Source: Candidatus Bathyarchaeota archaeon
GTDB taxonomy: Archaea > Thermoproteota > Bathyarchaeia > Bathyarchaeales > Bathycorpusculaceae
Length of the DNA stretch: 64,000 nt
NCBI GenBank assembly: GCA_963772505.1
Contig: CAVYXL010000015.1
Span: 87,145-151,144, forward strand
Direction of reading: 5' to 3'
The translations under genes and the position numbers were made by a program. Positions 28,389 to 37,820 of this stretch are shown here, piece after piece. A model generated the notes under the pieces. The model was not told the DNA's origin and made no database searches. It saw only the letters and a list, made by a program, of their open reading frames with translations. Position 1 is the stretch's first letter. Every line of letters starts with the position of its first letter.

Positions 28389-30472
28389 AAATTGAAATTG
28401 TTCAGCTCGAAAACATCCGGAGCCACATCAAATCCACGGTTCCCTTCACACTTGGTTTCAACTGTCTTGTTGGAGGTTTAGGCTGCGGAAAATCCAGCGT
28501 ATTATACGCAGTTGATTTTGCCTTGTTCGGCGACTCGATAGGTAGATCTTTTGAGTATTTACTACGCGAAGGCTCAGATACGGGAAAGGTTACCGTTCAG
28601 TTTACTCATAATGGTAGCACCTACAAACTTGTCCGAGGGCTAAAAAGAAAAGGCAAAAGCATCCTGCAAAATATTGAAGATCTCAAACTATACGAAGATG
28701 AGAAACTCATTGCAAGCATGAAAACTGATGCTATTGCAGAACAACTTAAAGCTATCACAGGCTTAGACAGGGACCTATTCCGAGAAATAGTTTGGTTTAG
28801 ACAAGAGCATCTCAAAGAACTGCTTGATGCGGCGCCGCGAGATAGGCAAAGACGTCTAGATGAGTTATTTGGGTTATCAGATTATGAAGTTGCTTGGAGC
28901 AATATTGCACAGTATCAGCGGGATTATGAAACAGAAAAACGGGTTTACGAGAAAGATCCCGACGTTTTTGGTTTGGAAAAGCTTAGTAACGAATACAATC
29001 GAGCAAGTGAAGAATACGTAGCTTTAGAAATGGACCTAGAAAATTCCACTCAAAAATTGATGATTGCCAAGAAAGCATTGGAAGTCGCCGACTTTAAACT
29101 GAAAACTCTGGAAGAGAAAAGACAAGCCGTTGAAGAGTTTAAACGAAAAGAAGCAAGACTGCACTCAGACATCATGAATATGGGTAGAACTTTGGCTTCC
29201 TTAACTGAACGAATTGAAGGCAAAAAAACAATACTGACAAATCTGCTTCAACGTCAAGGCTCAATTGACACACAAGTAAAGGCATGCATAAGCAAACTTG
29301 ACCAAGCGGGCCTACCTGTAGGTCAGTCTGTTGAAACATTGCATTTTTGTTTAGAGACTTTTGATGATAAACTGAGCAGTTTACGGGCAGATCAAGAAGC
29401 AACCTCAAGGAATATGCAAGTAGATAAAAAACGAGCAGTTGAATTGTCAAAAGAGAGCAAATGCCCCCTTTGCATACAACCATTAGAGGGAGAATACAAA
29501 AGTAATCTGCTTTCAAGAATTCAACAGGACAATATCGATCGTGAAAAAAGCATTAACCAATTAAGAATTGAAATTGATTCTTTGCAGAAAACGAAAACTT
29601 TAGCTTCGGAATCCTACACGAACATGCAAACTTGCTTGACAAGAGCTGAAGAGTTAAAAAATCGCTTCGCCGAAGAAGAAAACAACCTCAATTCTCTCTC
29701 AAAGGAGTTTATAGAAAAACAGAACTTTGAAGCGGACTTGAATTTACAGCTAAACCAAATCCAATCTGAAATTGCCAGATTTGATTTATCCGATGTAGAA
29801 GCTTCCAAAATCCAACGTGAAAAAGCGTTTCAACAATATTACATTTTAGATTCTGAATTGCGCACTAAAGAAAACCGCAAAAAAGATCTCTTCAGACGCA
29901 TAGACGAAATAAAAGATCGAATTAATTTGGCGCAGGAAAAACTTGAACGGATGGAGAAAATCCGAAGAACTATAGAGGTTTTGGGCGCTATTCGTGATGC
30001 TTACCGCAGCATTCAACCAAAACTGCGAAGCGAATTTGTCAAGGTTTTGCATAATTTTGTTCAGCAAGTCCTTGATGGCTTAGTTGGTGGAGAAGCACCT
30101 ATGTTAAACGTCGTTATCGATGAATCTTACACGCCTTATGTTAAAAGCGAAGCTGGGGTTAACCGTGAAGTTTCGAACCTTTCTGGAGGTGAACGTACGC
30201 TTTTGGCTTTTGCTTACCGTTTAGGATTGGGGCAGTTGATTATGCAGTCACGAACTGGCCATGGTTTGAGCATGCTTATGCTTGATGAACCCACAGAAAA
30301 CTTGGGCAGCGAAGATGGAAGCATTGAGCGTTTAGCTGAAGCTATAAGCAGATTCAAAGCCATTGAGCAAATAATTGCAGTAACTCACAGTGACGCTTTT
30401 GCAAGTAAAGCTGACCATGTAATTAATTTGGAAAAAGAGGCGGGAATAAGCAAAACCTCAATCGAAAGGTAA
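28385..30472 (+). CDS. rad50: Rad50 ATPase
   Basis: GCGKSS Walker A, CPLC zinc hook, LSGGE signature, LDEPT Walker B. Confidence 0.92.
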   Translation: MKIEIVQLENIRSHIKSTVPFTLGFNCLVGGLGCGKSSVLYAVDFALFGDSIGRSFEYLLREGSDTGKVTVQFTHNGSTYKLVRGLKRKGKSILQNIEDLKLYEDEKLIASMKTDAIAEQLKAITGLDRDLFREIVWFRQEHLKELLDAAPRDRQRRLDELFGLSDYEVAWSNIAQYQRDYETEKRVYEKDPDVFGLEKLSNEYNRASEEYVALEMDLENSTQKLMIAKKALEVADFKLKTLEEKRQAVEEFKRKEARLHSDIMNMGRTLASLTERIEGKKTILTNLLQRQGSIDTQVKACISKLDQAGLPVGQSVETLHFCLETFDDKLSSLRADQEATSRNMQVDKKRAVELSKESKCPLCIQPLEGEYKSNLLSRIQQDNIDREKSINQLRIEIDSLQKTKTLASESYTNMQTCLTRAEELKNRFAEEENNLNSLSKEFIEKQNFEADLNLQLNQIQSEIARFDLSDVEASKIQREKAFQQYYILDSELRTKENRKKDLFRRIDEIKDRINLAQEKLERMEKIRRTIEVLGAIRDAYRSIQPKLRSEFVKVLHNFVQQVLDGLVGGEAPMLNVVIDESYTPYVKSEAGVNREVSNLSGGERTLLAFAYRLGLGQLIMQSRTGHGLSMLMLDEPTENLGSEDGSIERLAEAISRFKAIEQIIAVTHSDAFASKADHVINLEKEAGISKTSIER

Positions 30473-30678
30473 TTTTTTTATTTTTTTAGGAAATGCTGTT
30501 TTTCTCGAGAGCTAAACTTGACTTTACTAAAACTGTTACAAATAATTAAAAGAAACAATAATTCTTTTTACTAAACTTAATTCGTAGTTTTACTTATAAC
30601 AAAAGTCCGGGCCCTTTAATTTGGGTAAACGTTTATATCCATTCAAGCAGCCAAGGGCTAACAATATTAGGTGATTTA

Positions 30679-31434
30679 ATGAATTATACAAGTAAGAAAC
30701 TTAAAATCTCAGGTTTAATTTTGTTGACATCTGCAATCTTAATAGTGGCTTTAAATGCGGGCGTTTTCGCTCAAACACAGGGCTCTGTTGTCGTCTACAG
30801 CTCCGTTGGCGGAACAATCACAGCAGACGGTACAACTGTAAATGGAGGAACCACCAACAGTTATAACGTTGGTACAACTGTTAACTTCAACGCAGTCGCT
30901 GGCACCGGCTTTGAGTTTATAGGCTGGATAACTGTCGCCGCATCAGGCGCCAATACCACCACAGACAACCCACTTGCACTCAACATTACCTCAGACACAT
31001 GCGCTATACAGGCAATCTTCGTCTCAACCACAAACACAACAGCAACCGCGACAACAACTGGAGCAACCAGCGTCACCGTCTTTGGATCAGTAGGCGGAAC
31101 AACTTCTCCAACCGGAGGAGCAACTACTCCAACAACTTATAGCAATTACACAATCGGAACAGCTTCTAGCTTCCAAGCAACCCCAGGCGACGGATTCATG
31201 CTCTTATGCTGGGAATCTGCAACAGCATCAGGAGGCAACACTTACACAGCCAATCCACTACAGCTCAATCTCACCGGCGACACTGGACTTCAAGCAATAT
31301 TTGTTCCAACAAGCAGCACAGTTACCGTACCTACAGTCCCAGAGTACTCATCTGCAGCCATCGTCATAATAGCCGCAATATTGGTTGCCGCTACATTAGG
31401 AACATTCGCAATCGTAAAGAAAAATAAAAAATAA
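30679..31434 (+). CDS. Thr/Gly-rich surface protein with two repeat domains and PEF-CTERM-like anchor
   Basis: Two SVGGT..GF..W..NPL..QAIFV repeats; VPEY + TM + KKNKK. Confidence 0.85.
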   Translation: MNYTSKKLKISGLILLTSAILIVALNAGVFAQTQGSVVVYSSVGGTITADGTTVNGGTTNSYNVGTTVNFNAVAGTGFEFIGWITVAASGANTTTDNPLALNITSDTCAIQAIFVSTTNTTATATTTGATSVTVFGSVGGTTSPTGGATTPTTYSNYTIGTASSFQATPGDGFMLLCWESATASGGNTYTANPLQLNLTGDTGLQAIFVPTSSTVTVPTVPEYSSAAIVIIAAILVAATLGTFAIVKKNKK

Positions 31435-31456
31435 AATCTTTTCTTTCTTTTCTTTT

Positions 31457-32302
31457 TTAATACGTATTTGCTTTCTGAGCATCTTTTACTTCATAAATTA
31501 TTTCAGCGTTAGTTCTCAAGTTGATCTGATCTATTTCTTGGAGCATTCGATTAACCATTCTGCCAACCACCAAAACGAAAACGTTTAAGCCTCTTGACGC
31601 AGCTATTGCGGCTGACCGACTGATTCCAAATTCAATGTCAGCTTTAAGCTCCAACTTGTTTAGGACTGCTCTGCCGACTGCCCCCATAACTCCCACGCGA
31701 TCAGGTTGAAATTCATTATAGAAAGCTTTGAGTTTTGGTATATCGACCGCTCTTGAACCTCCTTTGCGGATGCTTGGTAATTTAACTATGAGGATTTTTC
31801 CCCGTTTCATCTTGACTTTTCCATGGAGTTCCTTTAAGCCTAAGTCTTCTCCCGTTTTAGCGTCGACTAAGGCTATTCCTTTAGCTTCGGCGGCATTGTC
31901 GTCTTGTGCTGTAGTATACATGACGCCTTCTTTCATGATCAAGCCTACTTCTTGTCCTGCCTTGACGGGTTGAGTAGCTATGGCTGGCCAAGCATGTTCA
32001 ACCTTTAAGTCATGCTTTACCTCGGTAATGTAACTTTCTAGACCGTGTAAATCTTCATGCAACTTGATGACTGCTTTGGGTGTTAAACGGTAGTCTGCAC
32101 GTTCTGAGCCTGCTTCAAGTAACCCCTCTTTTGTGAGTTTTTTGAAATATTTTGAAATGGCTTGGATTGTTATTCCTAGTTTATCGCTGATGTCTTTCTG
32201 TTTAATGTGAGGTTGGTTGCGCATGACTTCAAGGAGGATTTGGAATTTGGTGAATTCGCCTTTTTCGCGTAGAAGTGTGGTTTGTGTTGGTTTCTTTGGC
32301 AA
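31457..32302 (-). CDS. Winged-HTH transcriptional regulator with C-terminal sensor-like domain (COG1497-like), candidate B12 regulator
   Basis: TKFQIL, QKDISDKLGITIQAISKYFKKL HTH; divergent from cbiM; TTG start chosen to avoid overlap with cbiM. Confidence 0.8.
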   Translation of the reverse strand: MPKKPTQTTLLREKGEFTKFQILLEVMRNQPHIKQKDISDKLGITIQAISKYFKKLTKEGLLEAGSERADYRLTPKAVIKLHEDLHGLESYITEVKHDLKVEHAWPAIATQPVKAGQEVGLIMKEGVMYTTAQDDNAAEAKGIALVDAKTGEDLGLKELHGKVKMKRGKILIVKLPSIRKGGSRAVDIPKLKAFYNEFQPDRVGVMGAVGRAVLNKLELKADIEFGISRSAAIAASRGLNVFVLVVGRMVNRMLQEIDQINLRTNAEIIYEVKDAQKANTY

Positions 32303-32353
32303 GTTATTCAACCTGACTTTAACTTTAGTTAAACATAGATTAATAAGCATATT

Positions 32354-32370
32354 TGTCGGATAAACTATCC
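32354..32370. promoter_or_regulatory. Candidate B12-regulon operator, site 2 (reverse complement GGATAGTTTATCCGACA)
   Basis: Between the shared TATA (about 32339-32347) and the cbiM start. Confidence 0.65.
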
Positions 32371-32386
32371 AGGCAGAGGGGCAACA

Positions 32387-33061
32387 TTGCACATCGCAGA
32401 TGGAATACTTACACCGGAATGGTGCATCTTTTGGTATTTACTAGCAGCGGTTTTCGTTGCTATAGGTGCTATTCAGATTTCAAGAAGGCGAAAAATTGAT
32501 CCTGCATACATGTCCATAGTTGGCTTAATGGGCGCAGCTGTATTCGTAATCTCAGTTTGGCATATACCTGTACCAGTCACCGGCTCATGCTCGCACCCAG
32601 TTGGAACACCAATGGCAGCAATGATAATCGGGCCTTTCCCAACAGTTGTAATATCCGCAATCGCACTATTCTTCCAAACATTCGTCGGACACGGCGGAAT
32701 AACTACAATCGGCGCAAACACATTTTCAATGGGAATTATGGGAACATTCACGGGGTTCTTTACATTCTTGTTGCTGTACAAAGCAGGCGTCAGAATTTGG
32801 CTTTCAGCAGGCATTGGCGGATTAGTAGGCGACCTCGTAACATACGTCGTAGCGGCTTTCGAACTTTCAATTTCACTTCACCCCGGAAACGTTGTACAAT
32901 GGTGGGGGATATTCACCCTTGGTTACTTACCTACACAGATTCCCTTGGCAATCTTAGAATTCGGATTCACAGCTGGAGCAATACAATATATTGCAACTCA
33001 TAGACCTGCATTATTAAAATGGTGGTTGGTGAAACCTAAAACCGCGATGAAGGAAACGTAA
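32387..33061 (+). CDS. cbiM: Cobalt ECF transporter S component
   Basis: MHIADG N-terminus, GSCSHPVG, HGGITTIGAN. Confidence 0.96.
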   Translation: MHIADGILTPEWCIFWYLLAAVFVAIGAIQISRRRKIDPAYMSIVGLMGAAVFVISVWHIPVPVTGSCSHPVGTPMAAMIIGPFPTVVISAIALFFQTFVGHGGITTIGANTFSMGIMGTFTGFFTFLLLYKAGVRIWLSAGIGGLVGDLVTYVVAAFELSISLHPGNVVQWWGIFTLGYLPTQIPLAILEFGFTAGAIQYIATHRPALLKWWLVKPKTAMKET

Positions 33062-33354
33062 TGGACAGATTCAATAAATACGCTCTAGTCACATTAGCCC
33101 TAATCGTTGCAATTTTACTGGTTAGTGCATACGTTAGTTATCAGGTTGGAGGAAACGGAGCAACTGACGACAAAGTGAACGCTGCGGCTGGAAGCAACGG
33201 CGACACATACTACAATCCCTTCACTATAGAACACTGGGGAGTCCATGGTGAGTACGTAGGCTTCTTCGCAGCTGGGGTCGCTGGAGGTTTTATTGTTGGC
33301 TACATCTTTCCAACGGTATTCAAAACTAACATTGCACCAAGGAGGAAAAACTAA
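33061..33354 (+). CDS. cbiN: CbiN-like accessory subunit
   Basis: Two TMs around a GATDD loop, ends GGFIVGY; position in operon. Confidence 0.75.
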   Translation: MDRFNKYALVTLALIVAILLVSAYVSYQVGGNGATDDKVNAAAGSNGDTYYNPFTIEHWGVHGEYVGFFAAGVAGGFIVGYIFPTVFKTNIAPRRKN

Positions 33355-33480
33355 ACGATACCACTATGGCTAGCAGGAGACCCATTAGTTGGAATACTAA
33401 CAACAATAGGCTTCTTCACTTTTCTCATCATCGGACGCGCTGTAAAACTTAGACAAATGAGACGAAAAGCTCAGAGCTGA
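33355..33480 (+). CDS. 41-aa single-TM micro-protein (ACG start)
   Basis: AGGAGG SD 9 nt upstream; (M)IPLWLAGDPLVGILTTIGFFTFLIIGRAVKLRQMRRKAQS; fills the gap to cbiQ. Confidence 0.65.
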   Translation, partial: TIPLWLAGDPLVGILTTIGFFTFLIIGRAVKLRQMRRKAQS

Positions 33481-33485
33481 AAAAA

Positions 33486-34307
33486 ATGGAATATGTAAAC
33501 CTCGAAGAATACACTGAAGGCCATTCGATACTGCACAGAATAGATCCAAGGATTAAGTTGATATGCGCTATTGCCTCGATTTTCTGTATTGTCTTTTTGA
33601 CTCGCTGGTATCTTCCCCTTTTATTCTTTGGAACCTGTTTTGGTTTAGTCCTTTTGTCAAGGGCTTCACTAAAAGTTTATGTTAAGAGACTTCTGATACC
33701 TATTTCGCTTATTGCATTTATTGGCGTAATAATGCCTTTTACGTATGGATCAACAATAATCGCTAGAGTTCCCTTGATAGGGCTTCCCATTTACCAGCAA
33801 GGAATTTATTTTGGAGTTCTCGTGTTCACTCGTTGCATTTCCGCCGTTTCAGTTCTAAACGTGCTCATCCTTGTAACTCCCATTACAACAGTTATGGATT
33901 CATTGGCATGGTTCCATATGCCATCAGTAATCATAGACACAATGATGCTAATGTTTAGGTACATCGGCATCCTCTCAGAAGAGAGTACGCGCATGTATCG
34001 GGCTCAAGCATCACGTTGCGGGCACTCAAAATCGGTAAGTTACTTTAAGAAAATAACGAACTATGGCAACATTGCAGGTGCACTTTTAGTAAGAGCGTTT
34101 GACAGATCCATAAAAGTTGGTAACGCAATGGTGTCAAGAGCATACACTGGAAAATACGCCCTATTTAGGTACGAGAAAAAAGGTATGCCTAAAAAAGATG
34201 TTCTTATAGGAGTCCTAATAGTGGCTGCAAGCATCAGCGTAGTAATTTACGATGCATTACTTCCGGGCTATCATTTTGGGTCTGTAAGTTATTTGCTATT
34301 CATTTGA
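33486..34307 (+). CDS. cbiQ: Cobalt ECF transporter T component
   Basis: LHRIDPRIKL, FRYI, AQASR, AMVSR. Confidence 0.94.
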   Translation: MEYVNLEEYTEGHSILHRIDPRIKLICAIASIFCIVFLTRWYLPLLFFGTCFGLVLLSRASLKVYVKRLLIPISLIAFIGVIMPFTYGSTIIARVPLIGLPIYQQGIYFGVLVFTRCISAVSVLNVLILVTPITTVMDSLAWFHMPSVIIDTMMLMFRYIGILSEESTRMYRAQASRCGHSKSVSYFKKITNYGNIAGALLVRAFDRSIKVGNAMVSRAYTGKYALFRYEKKGMPKKDVLIGVLIVAASISVVIYDALLPGYHFGSVSYLLFI

Positions 34308-35170
34308 TGGAGAGAAAAAACTTGAAAGCAATCGAAACGATAAATCTATGTTATACTTATCACGATGGAACGAAAGCCCTAAATGGCCTTAATTTTAGCG
34401 TTGAAAAAGGCGAAAACATGGCAATTCTTGGCCCAAACGGGGCTGGCAAATCTACTTTGCTTCATCATTTTAATGGGTTGTTAATGCCTTCGTCAGGTAA
34501 GGTTACTGTTTTAGGCCAAGAAGTTGTTTCCTCAAACCTCGACTGGGTTAGACAAAAAGTTGGCTTGGTATTTCAAGATCCAGATGATCAACTTTTCGCT
34601 CGTACCGTAGGTGAAGACGTAGCTTTTGGACCCGTAAATTTGGGATTTCCGTCTGGCGAGGTTAACGCCCGAGTTAAATGGGCTTTAGATGCTACCGAAA
34701 TAACAGATTTAGAGCATAAATCGCCACAAAACCTTAGCACAGGCCAAAAAAAACGTGCTGCATTAGCAGGTGTTCTCGCAATGAAGCCTGAAATTATTAT
34801 TCTTGATGAACCCATGGCCAATCTTGACCCGAGGACAGCTAGCAAAGTTCTTAAACTTTTGCTGCAACTCAACAAAGAATTGGGGTTAACTTTGATAATT
34901 GCTACACATGATGTTGATTTGGTTCCGTTGTTTGCAGATGAAATTTGTATTCTCAGCAAGGGGCAGATTGTAACGCAAGGGCCGCCTGAGGAAGTGTTTA
35001 TGAAAACTGATCTGTTAAGAAGCCTTGACTTGCGTGTACCTAGAATTACGCATTTGTTTGAGATTTTAAATAAGAAAAACCAGATCCTCACAGACAAACA
35101 TTTTCCGTTAACTATTGGAGAGGCAAGAAAAGAAATTGTCGAACTATTAGATTCAAAGGATAAACAGTAG
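34304..35170 (+). CDS. cbiO: Cobalt ECF transporter ATPase
   Basis: [30 protein letters not shown]. Confidence 0.95.
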   Translation: MMERKNLKAIETINLCYTYHDGTKALNGLNFSVEKGENMAILGPNGAGKSTLLHHFNGLLMPSSGKVTVLGQEVVSSNLDWVRQKVGLVFQDPDDQLFARTVGEDVAFGPVNLGFPSGEVNARVKWALDATEITDLEHKSPQNLSTGQKKRAALAGVLAMKPEIIILDEPMANLDPRTASKVLKLLLQLNKELGLTLIIATHDVDLVPLFADEICILSKGQIVTQGPPEEVFMKTDLLRSLDLRVPRITHLFEILNKKNQILTDKHFPLTIGEARKEIVELLDSKDKQ

Positions 35171-35219
35171 TTTTAATAACTTTAGAAATGGATTAACCTT
35201 CTTCGTCTTTTTTCGGAGA

Positions 35220-35258
35220 AGAACAACACCCGGTGCTATCACCAACTGTTGTTGTTCT
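35220..35258. terminator. Possible terminator hairpin after cbiO
   Basis: AGAACAACA...TGTTGTTCT 9-bp inverted repeat. Confidence 0.35.
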
Positions 35259-35338
35259 GCTTATAATCAGAAACATGGCATATATGTTTACAATTTGTTA
35301 ACAAAAAATATTTATAATTTGTTTACTTATTGTTTTTT

Positions 35339-35572
35339 ATGAGCGATGTAATAGCAATCAGAGTTCCAAAGGAATTAAAAAAGGAGCTTCAACAGCTTAA
35401 TCCAGATTATGCAGAAGACGTCAGGGCTTATCTTGAACAAATGGTGAAAAAGAAAAAACTTAAGCAAGCCCTTGCAGATGCTACGCGTTTTAGGAATGAA
35501 CTCTACAATAAGATCGGCACCTCCTCATCTTCAGCGGAAATAATCCGGGAAGATCGCGATTATGGTCACTGA
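35339..35572 (+). CDS. VapB-like RHH antitoxin
   Basis: VIAIRVPKELKK, ends AEIIREDRD; overlaps PIN gene. Confidence 0.85.
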   Translation: MSDVIAIRVPKELKKELQQLNPDYAEDVRAYLEQMVKKKKLKQALADATRFRNELYNKIGTSSSSAEIIREDRDYGH

Positions 35573-35984
35573 AGCAGTTGTAGATTCATCAGTTATAGTT
35601 GCATTAGTAATGCCTGAGGACAATTCTAAGTGGGCTTTAGAAAAAATATCTGAACATGAATATGGCCACATTTTAGATTTTAGCTACTATGAAGTAGCTA
35701 ACGCCATTAAATGTAAAGCACCAAACAAATTGAGTAAGAAAGAGGTTGAGTCGGTTTTCTCGAAAGCGGTAGATATAATGAATCTTTTCGGTGTTCACAG
35801 TTTTGGAGAAGTTGTTTTTGATTCGATGAGTTTAGCTTTGGAGTTTAACATCGCCGTCTATGATGCCGCTTTTCTTTGCCTTGCCGATAAGATAGATATG
35901 AGATTACTAACCCTTGACCTTAAACTAGCTAAAAAACTTGAAAATTCCAAATTACATGGGTTAATAGAATATCCTATTAAGTAG
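35562..35984 (+). CDS. vapC: VapC PIN-domain toxin
   Basis: VVDSSV, YEVANAI, AVYDAAFL, LLTLDLKL. Confidence 0.92.
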   Translation: MVTEAVVDSSVIVALVMPEDNSKWALEKISEHEYGHILDFSYYEVANAIKCKAPNKLSKKEVESVFSKAVDIMNLFGVHSFGEVVFDSMSLALEFNIAVYDAAFLCLADKIDMRLLTLDLKLAKKLENSKLHGLIEYPIK

Positions 35985-36003
35985 CAAACAAGGGAAAGGA
36001 AAA

Positions 36004-36834
36004 TTAGGTTGAGAGATCGTAACCTCGTGCCGTAACCATTTTGCCATTGACAACTTTAGTGGCGGAGTTTCCTACTATTATGGTTGTCACCATGTCGATA
36101 TCGGCATTAAGCAACCCTTTAAGCGTTGTGACTATGACTTCTTCTCCTGCTCGCCCAGCCTGCTTCACAATGCCCACAGGCGTTTCGGGACGTATATGCT
36201 TAAGCATAATTTCATATGCTTTCATTAATGGTTCAATTCTTCCCTCGCTTTTGGGGTTATAAAGCACAATTGAGAAATCGGCTGCTGATGCGGTCTCGAG
36301 TCTTCGCTCAATTTTTTCCCAAGGCGTCAACAAGTCGCTTAAACTGATAACTGCAAAATCACTTACCAAGGGTGCACCAAGCTTTGACGCGGCAGCCGTA
36401 GCAGCAGTAACACCTGGCACAATTTCAACAGGCAAATCCGGTTTCTCAAGAGCAACAACTTCCAAAACAATACCTGCCATGCCATAAACCCCTGGATCGC
36501 CACTACTTACAATTGCAACTCGGTAGCCTTCAATAGCTTTTGACACTGCGATTTTGGCGCGTTCGACTTCTTTGCCCATGGTTCCAGAAAAAATCTCTGC
36601 ATCAGGTTTAATGATGGATTGAATTAGCTTTACATAAGTGCCATAACCAACAAGGACGTCAGCGTTTTCTATTTCACTTCTTGCTTTAGGCGTCAAATGC
36701 TCTAAGCTGCCGGGTCCAATTCCAACTACGCTTATTCGCCCACGGCTATTGCTACAGTTACCCCATTTAACTTGGTCTTTTTCAGTATTAACTTTGAGTT
36801 TTCCCCTGCTGTTAGTAATGCTGCTCGTTCGCAT
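36004..36834 (-). CDS. cbiH: Cobalt-precorrin-3 C17-methyltransferase (start uncertain)
   Basis: VVGIGPG, SSGDPGVYGMA, DFAVISLSDLLTPW, LYNPKS, TARGY. Confidence 0.94.
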   Translation of the reverse strand: MRTSSITNSRGKLKVNTEKDQVKWGNCSNSRGRISVVGIGPGSLEHLTPKARSEIENADVLVGYGTYVKLIQSIIKPDAEIFSGTMGKEVERAKIAVSKAIEGYRVAIVSSGDPGVYGMAGIVLEVVALEKPDLPVEIVPGVTAATAAASKLGAPLVSDFAVISLSDLLTPWEKIERRLETASAADFSIVLYNPKSEGRIEPLMKAYEIMLKHIRPETPVGIVKQAGRAGEEVIVTTLKGLLNADIDMVTTIIVGNSATKVVNGKMVTARGYDLST

Positions 36835-37817
36835 ACTCCTCCAACACCAATTTTTTCCTGAACCATTTTTGAATCAGGTGAAAGATCCTTATGATTTAAA
36901 TTACGAAGTGCATCGACGCTTAAAAACTCAAGCGGCTTCCCCAAGTGTTCCGCGGCTTGGACCATTGCAGTCGAACTACGTTTTATGTCAACAGTTGCAA
37001 AGCTGTTAACAGTCTCTAAAGGTACATGTACTCGTTCTAAAGCAACATCGATTGCTTCAATTATGCTGTCTTCTGTGGAATCTTTTCTTGCGCCTAACCC
37101 CACAACAACAGATTTAGCTTTTAAGATCGTAAAAGGCTTAACAAATTTGGCAATTGACAATGGTTCTCTTGTAATTATCACGCCTGCATCATAATCATTT
37201 ATGATATCTAGTGCGTTTTCCCCATTTTCCGTCTTCTTCAATTCGTAGCCACCGATCTGGTTAATTGGGATTTTTACGTCACCATTCAAAACAACAACCA
37301 AACGATCGCCGTTAACGATGGCTGCGTTTACTGCGACCAGGCTCTCGGGGTTTTGAATAGATAAGTGGAGATTTCTTGCGAGTTCATCAACACTCTGTTT
37401 GCCTGTAACGTCAGAGGCTGTTGTGATAACTGCTGTTCCGCCTATGCCTTTTGCAATTATTTTTGAAAGCTCATTTGCGCCACCATAATGCCCAGATAAA
37501 AGACTAATTACAAATTTTCCAGTCGCATCTACACCTATAACTGCAGGATCGGTGAGTTTGCTTTCAAGATGCGGCGCTACTGCACGAATAATTATGCCAG
37601 TTGCCATAACCGCCACTAAGCCATCAACCGTGCTATAAGTGTCTTTGATAAAGTCAGCAAGTTTTTTGTCTACTGCAACAACACCGTGCTGGGTATATTT
37701 TCTAGGAGAATAAACAGTGGAAGTTACGCCAGCACAATCTAATGCTTCTTTAATTTTAAGGGCAGTTTCAACGCCACGCCTTGTAATTGCAATAACAGCG
37801 ACACCACGGTCAAACAT
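36732..37817 (-). CDS. cbiG: Cobalt-precorrin-5A hydrolase
   Basis: MATGIIIR, DPAV, LLSGHYGGAN, VITTASD, GVCERAA, VTVAIA. Confidence 0.95.
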   Translation of the reverse strand: MFDRGVAVIAITRRGVETALKIKEALDCAGVTSTVYSPRKYTQHGVVAVDKKLADFIKDTYSTVDGLVAVMATGIIIRAVAPHLESKLTDPAVIGVDATGKFVISLLSGHYGGANELSKIIAKGIGGTAVITTASDVTGKQSVDELARNLHLSIQNPESLVAVNAAIVNGDRLVVVLNGDVKIPINQIGGYELKKTENGENALDIINDYDAGVIITREPLSIAKFVKPFTILKAKSVVVGLGARKDSTEDSIIEAIDVALERVHVPLETVNSFATVDIKRSSTAMVQAAEHLGKPLEFLSVDALRNLNHKDLSPDSKMVQEKIGVGGVCERAALLTAGENSKLILKKTKLNGVTVAIAVGE

Positions 37818-37820
37818 TCG

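Noticed and set aside
32303-32386. Cobalamin riboswitch upstream of cbiM or hemA
   Set aside because: Gaps are too short and no B12-box is visible.
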